Part shown: one piece after another, positions 49,250-62,891 of the stretch
How positions within the stretch are numbered: the stretch's first letter is position 1
Layout of the letters: each line of letters begins with the position of its first letter
From: Squalus acanthias
Taxonomy: Eukaryota
NCBI GenBank assembly: GCA_030390025.1
Contig: CM059438.1
Location: 56,360,001 to 56,424,000, forward strand
Length of the DNA stretch: 64,000 bases
Direction: 5' to 3'
Made by a program: the position numbers and the translations under genes
The notes under the pieces: generated by a model
Told to the model about the DNA's origin: nothing
The model's input: only the letters and a program-made list of their open reading frames with translations
Databases searched by the model: none

Positions 49250-49570
49250 AACATACACCGCTCATCTACATTGGCTTCCGGTCCCTCAATCCCTCAAATT
49301 TAAAATTCTCATTCTCATGTTTAAATACCTTCATGACCTCGGCCCTCACTATCTCCATAACTTCCTCCAGCCCTACAACCTCTCCCTTGAACTCTCTGTT
49401 CATCTGACTCCAACCCTTTACGGAACCCCCTCTCCCTTTGCCCCATTGGCTGTGTCTTCAGCCACCTAGGCCCCACGCTCTGGAATTCTGTCCCTAAACC
49501 CTCCATCTCTCTATCTCCCTCATTTAAACCCCTCTTTAAAACCCACCTCTTTGACTAAACGTTTGTTCAG
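49250..49570 (+). mobile_element. L2 LINE 3' relic
   Basis: LHWLPVPQSLKFKILILMFK..LQPY, then WNS and FKPLFKTHLF-type C-terminal motifs. Confidence 0.8.
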
Positions 49571-50264
49571 CTCTCCTATTATCGCTTCTTTAGTGTGGCT
49601 TCCATTTTTCCTCAGATATTGTTGTAGCTCATATAGTGTCTGTATAGAGTAGGGTGAGATGGTGCTATTGAAAATGTTTACTCTGTAGGTGCCACAATCA
49701 GCCCATGTAGCTTGTCGCGTTCATGAAGGGGAGTGCGGAGGGAGGCAACACAGCTTCTCAGCTCCTGGTGCTACAAATGAATCTGGAAGCTACAACATTA
49801 AAATGTTGCCCTGGGATCAGGATACGGCCTTCGATGGGTGGCCACCCAGAACTGGAATTATGGGGAGGAGGTCAGGAGCGTCCATGGATGTGATTTCCCG
49901 ATCAGCAACAAACCTCAGAGCTTAAAGCAGCAGGAACCATTTTACGGAAGATGCCAGGAAACTTCTGACTTGACCCTTGTACCATTTTGAGTGGAGGCCG
50001 AGGTCCCATTGAAGCATTATGTCCAGGTCAGAATGCTTGACCGGCCTAGACGGACACAAAAGGACTAAGTGAAAGGTCGTTCAGTACAATATGGATTAAA
50101 GTGAGATTGTTGGATGTTCTTTGACCAAGCTCTTGGTCGGCCCTCCTGATATCTCCTTCTTTGGGTTGCCACCTGTTTTTTATTTATTACACTTCTTGAA
50201 GCAGCTGGGGGTGTTTTCCTAAAGGCGATTATATAAAGCCAATTGTTTGCTGTTGTCTGGAGAG

Positions 50265-50355
50265 CTGATGAAAGGTCATCGGCCTGAAAGGTTGACTCTG
50301 TTTCTCTCTCCGCAGATGCTGCCTGACCTGCTGAGGATTCCCAGCACTTTCTGTT
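50265..50355 (+). mobile_element. Penelope-like 3' module with hammerhead motif
   Basis: CTGATGA-A-AGGTC-ATC-GGCCT-GAAA-GGTT, followed by the CTCTGTTTCTCTCTCC.CAGATGCTGCC module. Confidence 0.7.
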
Positions 50356-51039
50356 CCAGGGTCAGTCTAGGAGTGGTATTGAGACATGCATTGTCTTTTT
50401 TTGTGGCATGGTTCTTGGGTCGGGAGTGATTTGTATCTGTACAAACTCCATCTATTTTCAGTCTGATGCCAGCTTGCCCAGTCGGAGCTGCACGTTACAC
50501 AGTGATAGTGACGGAGAACAGATCGTATATCTGGGCCGTGGTGGGAGAGTACAGCTTGGAGCTGAGCATCTCCATGAGAACATGCTGCTCTCAGTGGGAC
50601 TCCTGCAGGGGTAATTAGCTAAAGTCTGGAGCCACATGACTAATGCGTCCCCTTGTAATTATACGGCAAGTCTTTCTCAGAATGATTGATGATTGGTCAA
50701 GGAGAGGTCTCCAAACTCAGGCGTTCCGACGGAGTCTGGCCGTCTCCCACGGTGACTGCTCGGGGCCAAACCTTTCCACAGGTCTCTGAGCGGCTACAGT
50801 GCGTGGGGAAATTGGGAACTTTTTATATTAAGATTTTTTTTCAAAATGCAGCTGCACCATTGCCTTGTTACTGCCGAGAGGCTGGATTCAAAAGTCCTGT
50901 TGTAAAGCAGGTAAACTAATTCAGGGAGCAGAATATCAGCCATCACACGTAATTTTCTATATCACCATCCAGCCCAGTGGCTCCTGTTCAGTTTAAGATG
51001 CAACCTATCGCACTGTATCACTGCGATACAGGCAATCCC

Positions 51040-52110
51040 TCCCGTACCGCTCTACGATGCAGCCTATCTCCCGTACCATTCTACAATGCCGTCTATCTCC
51101 CGTACCACTCTACGATGCAGTCTATCTCCCGTACTGCTCTATGATGCAGCCTATCTCCCGTACCGCTCTACGATGCAGTCTATCTCCCGTACCTATCTAC
51201 GATGCAGTCTATCTCCCGTACTGCTCTACGATGCAGCCTATCTCCCGTACCGCTCTACGATGCAGCTTATCTCCCGTACCGCTCTACGATGCAGTCTATC
51301 TCCCGTACTGCTCTACGATGCAGTCTATCTCCCGTACCGCTCTACGATGCAGCTTATCTCCCGTACCGCTCTACGATGCAGTCTATCTCCCGTACTGCTC
51401 TACGATGCAGTCTATCTCCCGTACCATTCTACGATGCAGCCTATCTCCCGTACCGCTCTACGATGCAGTCTATCTCCCGTACCACTCTACGATGCAACCT
51501 ATCTCCTGTACCGTTCTACGATGCAGTCTATCTCCCGTACCGCTCTACGATGCAGCCTATCTCCCGTACCGTTCTACGATGCAGCCTATCTCCCGTACCG
51601 TTCTACGATGCAGTCTATCTCCCGTACCACTCTACGATGCAAGCCTATCTCCCGTACCGCTCTACGATGCAGTCTATCTCCCGTACCGCTCTACGATGCA
51701 GTCTATCTCTCGTACCGCTCTACGATGCAGTCTATCTCCCGTACCGCTCTACGATGCAGTCTATCTCCCGTACCACTCTACGATGCAACCTATCTCCTGT
51801 ACCGTTCTACGATGCAGCCTATCTCCTGTACCGTTCTACGATGCAGTCTATCGCCCATACCGCTCTACGATGCAACCTATCTCCCATACCGCTCTATGAT
51901 TTAGTCTATCTCCCGTACCGCTCTACGATGCAGTCTATCTCCCGTAACACTCTACAATGCAGTCTATCTCCCTTACCGCTCTACAATGCAGTCTATCTCC
52001 CTTACTGCTCTACGATGCAGTCTATCTCCCGTACCGCTCTACGATGCCGTCTGTCTCCCGTAACGCTCTGTGATGCAGCTTATCTCCCGTACCACTCTAT
52101 GATGCAGTCT
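51040..52110. repeat. 29-bp satellite (GCAGTCTATCTCCCGTACCGCTCTACGAT)n
   Basis: Tandem 29-nt periodicity. Confidence 0.97.
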
Positions 52111-53308
52111 GACATGAACCTTGTCATTCATGTATGAAATAATACTGGGCGGCCTGCTGGTGGTGCTGTCCAGGGTGAGTATAAATACTCGGGCATGGGC
52201 CCAGCTTGCTTAGGACATTCCTCAACAGGAACTATAAAGGGGGAGGGATTCGAATTCCTGGGACATTTGAACCAGTTCTGGGGGAGGTGGGATCGGTACA
52301 AACCGGATGGTTTGCTCCTGGGCAGGACCGGGACTGATGTCCTAGGGGGAGTGTTTGCTATCGCTGTTGGGGAGGGTTTAAACTAAAATGGCAGGGGGTT
52401 GGGAACCTGTGCAGGGAGACAGAGGAAAGGGAAGCAAGGATAGAAGCAAAAGACAGGAAGGAGAAAAGCAAAAGTGGCAGTCAGAGAAATCAAAGGTTTT
52501 ATATCAAACATGGCCACAGTAAATAATAATTCTAACAGGTCTAAGAGTGTTAAAAAAACAAGCCTGAAGGCTTTGTGTCTTAATGCGAGGAGCATTCGTA
52601 ATAAGGTGGATGAATTAGCTGCGCAAATAGATGTAAACGGATATGATATAATTGGGATTAAGGAGACATGGCTCCAAGGTGACCAAGGCTGGGAATTCAA
52701 AATCCAGGGGTATTCAATATTCAGGAAAGACAGGCAAAAAGGAAAAGGAGGTGGGGTAGCATTGCTGGTTAAAGAGGAGATTAACACAATAGTAAGGAAG
52801 GATATTAGCTCTGATGAGATGGAATCTGTATGGGTAGAGCTGAGAAATACCAAGGGGCAGAAAACGTTAGTGGGAGTTGTATACAGACCCCCAAACAGTA
52901 ATGCTGAGGTTGGGGATGGCATTAAATGGGAAATTAGAGACGCATGCAATAAGGGCACAGCAGTTATCATGGGTGACTTTAATCTACATATAGATTGGGC
53001 TAACCAAATTAGTAACAATACTGTGGAGGAGGAATTCCTAGAGTGTATACGGGATAGTTTCCTGGACCAATATGTCGAGAAACCAACTAGAGATCAGGCC
53101 ATCTTAGACTGGGTATTATGTAATGAGAAAGGATTAATTAGCAATCTTGTTGTGCGAGGCCCCTTGGGGAGGAGCGATCATAATATGATAGAATTCTTCA
53201 TTAAGATGGAGAGTGAAGTAGTTGACTCAGAGACTAGGGTCCTGAATTTAAATAAAGGAAACTACGATGGTATGAGGCGCAAATTGGCTCAGATGGATTG
53301 GGGAACGT

Positions 53309-53618
53309 AACAGAATCCCCACAATGCAGATAGAGGCCATTTCGGCCGATCGAGCCTGCACCGACACATATCCCACCCTATCCCCGTAACCCCACGTATT
53401 TAATCCCCCTAACACTAAGGGTCAATTTATCATAGCCAAATCAACCTAACCCGCACATCTTTGGACTGTGGGAGGAAACTGGAGCACCTGGAGGAAACCC
53501 ACGCAGACACGGAGAGAATGTGCAAACTCCACACAGACAGTCACCCGTGGCCGTATTCGAACCCGGGTCCCTGGCGCTGTGAGGCAACAGTGCTAACCAC
53601 TATGCCACCGTGCTGCCC
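53309..53618 (-). mobile_element. HE1-type V-SINE
   Basis: Minus strand GGGCAGCACGGTGGCATAGTGGTTAGCAC..GGTTCGAA (A/B boxes), V-domain TGTGTGGAGTTTGCACATTCTC..GTGGGTTTCCTCC and a CR1-like tail. Confidence 0.88.
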
Positions 53619-55489
53619 TACTTAAAAGGTTGACGGTGGATAGGCAATGGCAAACATTTAAAGATCGCATGGATGAACTACAGAATTTGTTCAGCCCTGT
53701 TTGGCATAAAAATAAAACAAAAAAGGTGACTCAACCGTGGCTAACAAGGGAAATTAGGGATAGCATAAGATCCAAGGAGAGGACATATAAATTGGCCAGA
53801 AAAGCAGCAAACCTGAGGATTGGGAGCAGTTTAGGATTCAGCAAAGGAGGACAAAGGGATTAATTAAGAGGGGGGAAATAGAGTATGAGAGTAAGCTTGT
53901 AAGGAACATAAAAACTGACTGTAAAAGCTTCTATAGATATGTGAAGAGAAAAAGATTGGTGAAGTCAAGCGTAGGTCCCTTGCAGTCAGAATCAGGGGAA
54001 TTTATAATGGGGAACAAAGAAATGGCAGACCAAATAAATACATACTTTGGTTCTGTCTTCACAAAGGAGGACACAAATAACCTGCCAGAGATGTCGGGGA
54101 ACATAGGGTCTAATGAGAGGGAAGAACTGAATGAAATCAGTATTTGTAGGGAAATGGTGTTAGGGAAATTGACGGGATTGAAGGCCGCTAAATCACCAGG
54201 GCCTGATAATCTACATCCTGGGGTACTTAAGGAAGTGGCCCTAGGAATAGTAGATGCATTGCTGGTCATCTTCCAAAATTCTATAGACTCTGGATTGGAG
54301 GGTAGCTAATGTAACCCCACTATTTAAAAAAGGTGGTAGAGAGAAAATGGGGAATTATAGACCGGTAAGCCTGACATCAGTAGTGGGTAAAATGCTAGAG
54401 TCCATTATTAAAGATGTAATAGCAGAGCACTTGGAAAACAGTGACAGGATCGGACAAAGTCAACATGGATTTACAAAAGGTAAATCATGCTTGACTAATC
54501 TACTGGAATTTTTTGAGGATGTAACTGGTAGAATAGATAAGGGAGAACCAGTAGATGTGGTGTATTTGGACTTTCAGAAGGCTTTCGATAAGGTCCCGCA
54601 TAAGAGATTAGCGTGCAAAGTTAAAGCACATGGGATTGGGGGTAAAGTACTGACTTGGATAGAGAACTGGTTGGCAGACAGGAAGCAAAGAGTTGGAATA
54701 AACGGGTCTTTTTCTGAGTGGCAGGCAGTGACTAGTGGGGTACCGCAGGGATCGGTGCTAGGACCCCAGTTATTCACAATATATATTAATGATCTAGACG
54801 AGGGAACTAGATGTAATATCTCCAAGTTTGCAGACGACACAAAGCTGGGTTGGCGTGTGTGTTGTGAGGAGGATGCAGAGAAACTCCAGGATGATTTGGA
54901 CAAGTTGGGTGATTGGGCAGATGCATGGCAGATGCAGTATAATGTGGAGAAATGCGAGGTTATCCACTTTGGTGGCAAAAACAGGAAGGCAGATTATTAT
55001 CTAAACGGCAATAGATTGGGAAAAGGGGAAGTGCAACGAGACCTGGGAGTCCTTGTGCACCAGTCGCTGAAGGTAAGCATGCAGGTACAGCAGGCGGTTA
55101 AGAAGGCAAATGGTATGTTGGCCTTCATAGCGAGAGGATTCGAGTACAGGAGCAAGGATGTCTTGCTGCAGTTGCACAGGGCCTTGGTGAGACCACACCT
55201 TGAGACTTGTGTGCAGTTTTGGTCGCCTTATCTGAGGAAGGATGTTCTTGCCATGGAGGGAGTGCAGCGAAGATTCACCAGACTGATACCTGGGATGGCA
55301 GGAATGACGTATGAAGAGAGATTGGGACGATTGGGCTTGTATTCGCTAGAGTTTAGAAGAATGAGAGGGGATCTCATTGAAACTTATAAAATTCTAACAG
55401 GACTAGACAGACTAGATGCAGGAAGGATGTTCCCGATGGCGGGGGAGTCCAGAACCAGGGGTCACAGTCTAAGGATAAGGGGTAAGCCA

Positions 55490-57248
55490 TAAAATAATGG
55501 GACTCAAGGCGGATAAATCACCTGGACCTGATGGCTTACATCCTAGAGTCTTGAAGGAAGTGGCGGTAGGGATTGTAGATGCATTGGTAATAATTTTTCA
55601 AAACTCCCTGGATTCCGCTAAGGTCCCGGCAGACTGGAAAACTGCTAATGTAACACCCTTATTTAAAAAGGGCAGTAGACAGAAGGCTGGTAACTATAGA
55701 CCGGTTAGCCTAACATCTGTGGTAGGTAAAATTTTGGAGTCCATTATTAAGGAAACAGTAACAGGACATTTGGATAATCATAATTTAATAGGACAAAGTC
55801 AGCATGGTTTTACGAAGGGGAAGTCATGTTTGACAAATTTGCTGGAGTTCTTTGAGGAAGTAACATATAGAGTGGATAAAGGGGAACCAGTGGACGTAGT
55901 GTATTTAGACTTCCAAAAGGCATTTGACAAGGTGCCACACAAAAGATTATTGCTTAAGGTAAAAAATCACGGAATTGGGGGTAATATTCTGGCATGGATA
56001 GAGGATTGGCTATCTAACAGAAAGCAAAGAGTTGGGATAAATGGTTCATTCTCAGACTGGCAATCAGTAACTAGTGGTGTTCCACAGGGGTCAGTGCTGG
56101 GTCCCCAACTCTTCACAATCTATATTAACGATTTGGAGGAAGGGACCAAGTGTAACATATCAAAATTTGCAGATGATACAAAGATGGGAGGGAAAGTAGT
56201 GAATGAGGAGGACATAAAAAACCTGCAAGGGGACATAGACAGGCTAAGTAAGTGGGCAGAGATTTGGCAGATGGAATACAACACTGGAAAGTGTGAGGTG
56301 ATGCACTTTGGCAGGAAAAATCCTAGAGCAATTTATTATCTTAATGGCAAGAAACTGGAGAGTACTGAAGTGCAAAGGGATCTGGGGGTCCTGGTGCACG
56401 AAACTCAAAAGGTTAGTATGCAGGTGCAGCAAGTGATTAAGAAGGCAAATGGAATGTTGGCTTTCATTGCTAGGGGGATAGAATATAAAAATAGGGAGGT
56501 ATTGCTTCAGTTGTACAAGGTATTGGTGAGACCGCACCTGGAATACTGCATACAGTTTTGGTGTCCTTACTTAAGGAAAGACATCCTTGCTCTCGAGGCA
56601 GTGCAAAAAAGGTTCATTCGGTTAATCCCGGGGATGAGGGGGTGGTCATATGAGGAGAGGTTGGGTAGATTGGGACTCTACTCATTGGAGTTCAGAAGAA
56701 TGAGAGGCGATCTTATTGAAACATATAAGATTGTGAAGGGGTTGGATCGGGTGGATGCGGGGAGGATGTTCCCGATGACGGGTGAGACGAGAACTAGGGG
56801 ACATAGTCTTAGAATAAGGGGCTGCTCTTTCAAAACTGAGATGAGGAGGAACTACTTCACTCAGAGGGTGGTAGGTCCATGGAATATGCTGCCACAAAAA
56901 GCTGTAGAAGCTACAACATTAATTAAATTTAAAACAGAAATAGACAGTTTCCTAGAAGTAAAGGGCATTAAGGGTTACGGGGAGCGGGCAGGAATTTGGA
57001 CATGAGTCTAGGTTCGGATCGGTCATGGCCCTGTGGGTAGTGGAGCGGGCCCAGGGACTGTGTAGCCTGATTCTGCTCCTATTTCGTGTGTGCAATTCTG
57101 TTAGATGCAGGAGATGGTTCTGTGATAGATAGTAGATTGGCGGTTAGGATCAGATCAGCCATGATCTTATTGAATGGCGGAGCAGGCTCGAGGGGCCGAT
57201 TGGCCTACTCCTGCTCCTATTTCTTATGTTCTTATGTTCTTATGTTCT
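55490..57248 (+). mobile_element. 5'-truncated CR1 nested in CR1; open RT ORF 55497-57005
   Basis: 502-aa uninterrupted ORF; interrupts host sequence GGTAAGCCA|TAGGACTGAG; (TTCTTATG)n tail. Confidence 0.95.
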
Positions 57249-60200
57249 TAGGACTGAGATGAGGAGGAATTTCTTCACCCAGAGAGTGGTGAACCTATGG
57301 AATTCTCTACCGCAGAAGGCAGTTGAGGCCAATTCATTAAATATATTCAAGAAGGAGTTAAATATATTTCTTAAGGCTAAAGGGAACAAGGGATATGGGG
57401 AGAAAGCAGAGACAGGGTACTGAATTTGGATGATCAGCTATGATCTCATTAAATGGCGGAGCAGGCTCGAGGGGCCGAATGGCCTACTCCTGCTCCTATC
57501 TTCTATGTTTCTATGTTTCTATGACACAACAAGATCTCCATGTTGAAAAACAGTTGATTAAAGCTGTGTTTAACGCTTAGACCAAGTGCCTAGTAGTTTT
57601 CTTACGTCACAGTCTATCTCCCGTACCGCTCTACGATGCAGCCTGTCTCCCGTACCGCTCTACGATGCAGCCTGTCTCCCGTATCGCTCTGTGATGCAGT
57701 CTAAGTCCCATACCGCTCTACAATGCTGTCTATCTCCCATACCGTTGTACGATGCAGTATAACTCCCATACAGCTCTACGATGCTGTCTATCTCCCGTAC
57801 CGCTCTACAATGCAGCTTATCTCCTGTACCGCTCTACAATGCAGTCTATCTCCCGTACTGCTCTAGGATGCAGTCTATCTCCCGTACCACTCTAGGATGC
57901 AGTCTATCTCCCGTACCGCTCTACGATGCAGTCTATCTCCCGTACCACTCTAGGCTGCAGTCTATCTCCCGTACCGCTCTACGATGCAGTCTATCTCCCG
58001 TACCACTCTAGGATGCAGTCTATCTCCCGTACCACTCTAGGATGCAGTCTATCTCCCGTACCGCTCTACGATGCAGTCTATCTCCCGTACCGCTCTACGA
58101 TGCAGTCTAAGTCCCGTACCGCTCTACAATGCAGTCTATCTCCCGTACCACTCTAGGATGCAGTCTATCTCCCGTACCGCTCTACGATGCAGTCTATCTC
58201 CCGTACCACTCTAGGAGGCAGTCTATCTCCCGTACCGCTCTACGATGCAGTCTATCTCCCGTACCGCTCTATGATGCAGTTTATCTCCCGTACCGCTCTA
58301 CGATGCAGTCTATCTCCCGTACTGCTCTAGGATGCAGTCTATCTCCCGTACTGCTCTACAATGCAGTCTATCTCCCGTACCGCTCTACGATGCCATCTAT
58401 CTCCCGTACCGCTCTACAATGCCATCTATCTCCCGTACCACTCTACGATGCCGTCTATCTCCCATAGCGCTCTACGATGCAGTCTATCTCCCGTACCGCT
58501 CTACGATGCATTCTATCTCCCGCACCGCTCTACGATGCATTCTATCTCCTGTACTGCTCTACGATGCAGCCTATCTCCCGTACCGCTCTACGGTGCATTC
58601 TATCTCCTGTACTGCTCTACGATGCAGCCTATCTCCCGTACCACTCTCCGGTGCATTCTATCTCACATACCGCTCTACAATGCAGTCTATCTCCCGTACC
58701 GCTCTACGATGCAGTCTATCACTCGTATCGCTCTACGATGCAGCCTATCTCCCGTACCACTCTACGATGCAGTCTATCTCTCGTATTGCTCTACGATGCA
58801 GGCTATCTCCCGTCCCGCTCTACGATGCAGTTTTTCTCCCGTACCGCTCTACGATGCAGTCTATCTCCCATACCGCTCTACGATGCAGCTTATCTCCCGT
58901 ACCACTCTACGATGCAGTCTATCTCCCGTACTGTTCTACGATGCCGTCTATCTCACGTACCACTCTACGATGCATTCTAACTCCCGTACCGCTCTACGAT
59001 GCAGGCTCCCGTACTGCTCTGCAGTGCAGCCTATCTCTCGTACTGCTCTACAATACCACCTATCTCCCGTACCGCTCTACGATGCATTCTATCTCCCGTA
59101 CTGCTCTACGGTGCATTCTATCTCCTGTACTGCTCTACGATGCAGCCTATCTCCCGCACCACTCTACGGTGCATTCTATCTAACATACCGCTCTACAATG
59201 CAGTCTATCTCCTGTACCGCTCTACGATGCAGTCTATCTCTCGTACCACTCTACGATGCAGCCTATCTCCCGTACCACTCTACGATGCAGTTTTTCTCCC
59301 GTACCGCTCTACGATGCAGTCTATCTCCCATACCGCTCTACGATGCAGCTTATCTCCCGTACCACTCTACGATGCAGTCTATCTCCCGTACTGCTCTACG
59401 ATGCCGTCTATCTCCCGTACCGCTCTACGATGCATTCTAACTCCCGTACCGCTCTACGATGCAGCTTATCTCCCGTACAGCTCTACGATGCTGTCTATCT
59501 CCCGTACCTCTCTACGATGCAGTCAATCTCCCGTACCGCTCTACAATGCAGCTTATCTCCCGTACCGCTCTACAATGCAGTCTATCTCCCGTACTGCTCT
59601 AGGATGCAGTCTATCTCCCGTACCACTCTAGGATGCAGTCTATCTCCCGTACCGCTCTACGATGCAGTCTATCTCCCGTACCACTCTAGGCTGCAGCCTA
59701 TCTCCCGTCCCGCTCTACGATGCAGTTTTTCTCCCGTACCGCTCTACGATGCAGTCTATCGCCCATACCGCTCTACGATGCAGCTTATCTCCCGTACCAC
59801 TCTACGATGCAGTCTATCTCTCGTACCGCTCTACGATGCAGTCTATCTCCCATACCGCTCTACGATGCAGCTTATCTCCCGTACCGCTCTACGATGCATT
59901 CTATCTCCCGTACCGCTCTACGATGCATTCTATCTCCCGTACCGCTCTACGGTGCATTCTATCTCCTGTACTGCTCTACGATGCAGCCTATCTCCCGTAC
60001 CGCTCTACGGTGCATTCTATCTCCTGTACTGCTCTACGATGCAGCCTATCTCCCGCACCACTCTACGGTGCATTCTATCTCACATACCGCTCTACAATGC
60101 AGTCTATCTCCCGTACCGCTCTACGATGCAGTCTATCACTCGTATCGCTCTACGATGCAGCCTATCTCCCGTATCACTCTACGATGCAGTCTATCTCTCG

Positions 60201-61701
60201 TACCGCTCTACGATGCAGCCTATCTCCCGTACCACTCTACGATGCAGTCTATCTCCCATACCGCTCTACGATGCAGCTTATCTCCCGTACCACTCTACGA
60301 TGCAGTCTATCTCCCGTACTGCTCTACGATGCCGTCTATCTCCCGTACCGCTCTACGATGCATTCTAACTCCCGTACCGCTCTACGATGCAGGCTACCTC
60401 CCGTACTGCTCTACAGTGCAGACTGTCTCTCGTACTGCTCTACAATGCCACCTATCTCCCGTACCGCTCTATGATGCAGTCTATCTCCCGTACCGCTCTA
60501 CGATGCATTCTATCTCCCGTACCACTCTACGATGCATTCTATCTCCCGTACCGCTCTACGATGCATTCTATCTCCCGTACCGCTCTACGATGTATTCTAT
60601 CTCCCATACCGCTCTACGGTGCATTCTATCTCCTGTACTGCCCTACGATGCAGCCTATCTCCCGTACCGCTCTACGATGCATTCTATCTCACATACCGCT
60701 CTACAATGTAGTCTATCTCCCGTACCGCTCTACGATGCAGTCTATCACTCGTATCGCTCTATGATGCAGCCTATCTCCCGTACCACTCTACGATGCAGTC
60801 TATCTCCCGTACCGCTGTACGAGGCAGTCTATCTCCCATACCGCTCTACGATGCAGCTTATCTCCCGTACCGCTCTCCGATGCAGTCTATCTCCTGTACT
60901 GCTCTAGGATGCAGGCTATCTCCCATACCGCTCTACGATGCAGTCTATCTCTCGTACCGCTCTACGATGCCGTCTATCTCCCGTACCGCTCTACGATGTA
61001 GTCTATCTCCCGGACCACTCTACGATGCAGTCTATCTCTCATACCGCTCTACGATGCAGTCTATCTCTCGTACTGCTCTACGATGCAGTCTATCTCTCGT
61101 ACCGCTCTACGATGCCGTCTATCTCTCATACCGCTCTACGATGCCGTCTATCTCTCGTACCGCTCTACGATGCAGTCTATCTCCCGTACCACTCTACGAT
61201 GCAGTCTATCTCTCGTACCGCTCTATGATGCTGTCTATCTCCCGTACCGCTCTAAGATGCTGTCTATCTCCCATACCGCTCTACGATGCAGTCTATCTCC
61301 CGTACCGCTCTACGATGCAGTCTATCTCCCATACCCCTCTACGATGCAGTCTATCTCCCGTACCGCTCTACGATGCAGTCTATCTCCCGTACCGCTCTAA
61401 GATGCTGTCTATCTCCCGTACCCGCTCTACAATGCAGTCTATCTCCCATACCGCTCTACGATGCAGTCTTACTCCCATACTGCTCTACAATGCAGTCTAT
61501 CTCCCGTACCGCTGTACAATGCAGTCTAACTCCCATACTGCTCTAAGATGTAGTCTAACTCCCGTACCGCTCTACGATGCTGTCTATCTCCCGTACCGCT
61601 CTACGATGCAGTCTATCTCCCGTACCGCTCTACGATGCAGTCTAACTCCCATACCGCTCTACGATGCCATCTATCTCTCATACCGCTCTACGATGCATTC
61701 T

Positions 61702-61978
61702 ACAGAAATGAGGAAGAATTTCTTCACCCAGAGAGTGGTGAACCTGTGGAATTCTCTACCACAGAAGGTAGTTGAGGCCAAGTCATTAAATATATTCAAG
61801 AATGAGTTAGATATATTTCTTAAAGCTAAAGGTATCAAGGGATATGGGGAGAAGGCAGGGACAGGGTACTGAGTTTGGATGATCAGCCATGATCTCATCG
61901 AATGGCGGAGCAGGTTCGAGGGGCCGAATGGCCTACTCCTGCTCCTATCTTCTATATTTCTATGTTTCTATGTTTCTA
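61702..61978 (+). mobile_element. Short CR1 3' fragment in the satellite (copy 1)
   Basis: TEMRKNFFTQRVV..GEKAGTGY*, 3' UTR and (TTTCTATG)n. Confidence 0.95.
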
Positions 61979-62614
61979 ACTTCGTACCACTCTACGATGC
62001 CATCTATCTCCTGTACCGCTCTACGATACCGTCTATCTCTTGTACCGCTCTACGATGCAGTCTATCTCCCGCATTGCTCTATGATGCAGTCTAACTCCCA
62101 TACTGCTCTAAGATGCAGTCTAACTCCCGTACCGCTCTACAATGCAGTCTATCTCCCGTACTGCTCTACGATGCAGCTTATCTCCCGTACCGCTCTACGG
62201 TGCAGTCTATCTCCCGTACTGCTCTAGGATGCAGGCTATCTCCCGTACCGCTCTACGATGCAGTCTATCTCTCGTACCGCTCTACAATGCCGTCTATCTC
62301 CCGTACCGCTCTACGATGCAGTCTATCTCCCGTACCACTCTACGATGCAGTCTATCTCTCGTACCGCTCTACGATGCAGTCTATCTCTCGTACTGCTCTA
62401 CGATGCAGTCTATCTCTCGTACCGCTCTACGATGCAGTCTATCTCTCGTACCGCTCTACGATGCAGTCTATCTCCCGTACCGCTCTACGATGCTGTCTAT
62501 CTCCCGTACCGCTCTACGATGCAGTCTATCTCACGTACTGCTCTACGATGCAGTCTAACTCCCATACCGCTCTACGATGCCATCTATCTCTCATACCGCT
62601 CTACGATGCAGTCT

Positions 62615-62891
62615 ACAGAAATGAGGAAGAATTTCTTCACCCAGAGAGTGGTGAACCTGTGGAATTCTCTACCACAGAAGGTAGTTGAGGCCAAGTCATT
62701 AAATATATTCAAGAATGAGTTAGATATATTTCTTAAAGCTAAAGGTATCAAGGGATATGGGGAGAAGGCAGGGACAGGGTACTGAGTTTGGATGATCAGC
62801 CATGATCTCATCGAATGGCGGAGCAGGTTCAAGGGGCCGAATGGCCTACTCCTGCTCCTATCTTCTATGTTTCTATGTTTCTATGTTTCTA
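62615..62891 (+). mobile_element. Short CR1 3' fragment in the satellite (copy 2)
   Basis: Same breakpoints and flanks as 61702-61978; offset 913 bp. Confidence 0.95.

Larger units (their letters stand above)
52229..57522 (+). mobile_element. CR1 (ORF1 C-terminus plus whole ORF2, frameshifted) with nested SINE and CR1; (TTTCTATG)n tail
   Basis: ORF1 end (YKPDGL..GEGLN*), APE 52474-53310, RT 54347-55492; resumes at 57249 (RTEMRRNFFTQRV). Confidence 0.95.

Noticed and set aside
49680..50920. Short ORFs and splice-like sites in unique sequence
   Set aside because: No consistent frame or strand and no recognisable motif; cannot be supported without transcripts.
38500..53618. tRNA genes at about 38500-38575 and 53545-53618
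   Set aside because: They are SINE heads with A/B boxes that continue into Deu or V domains and LINE-like tails.
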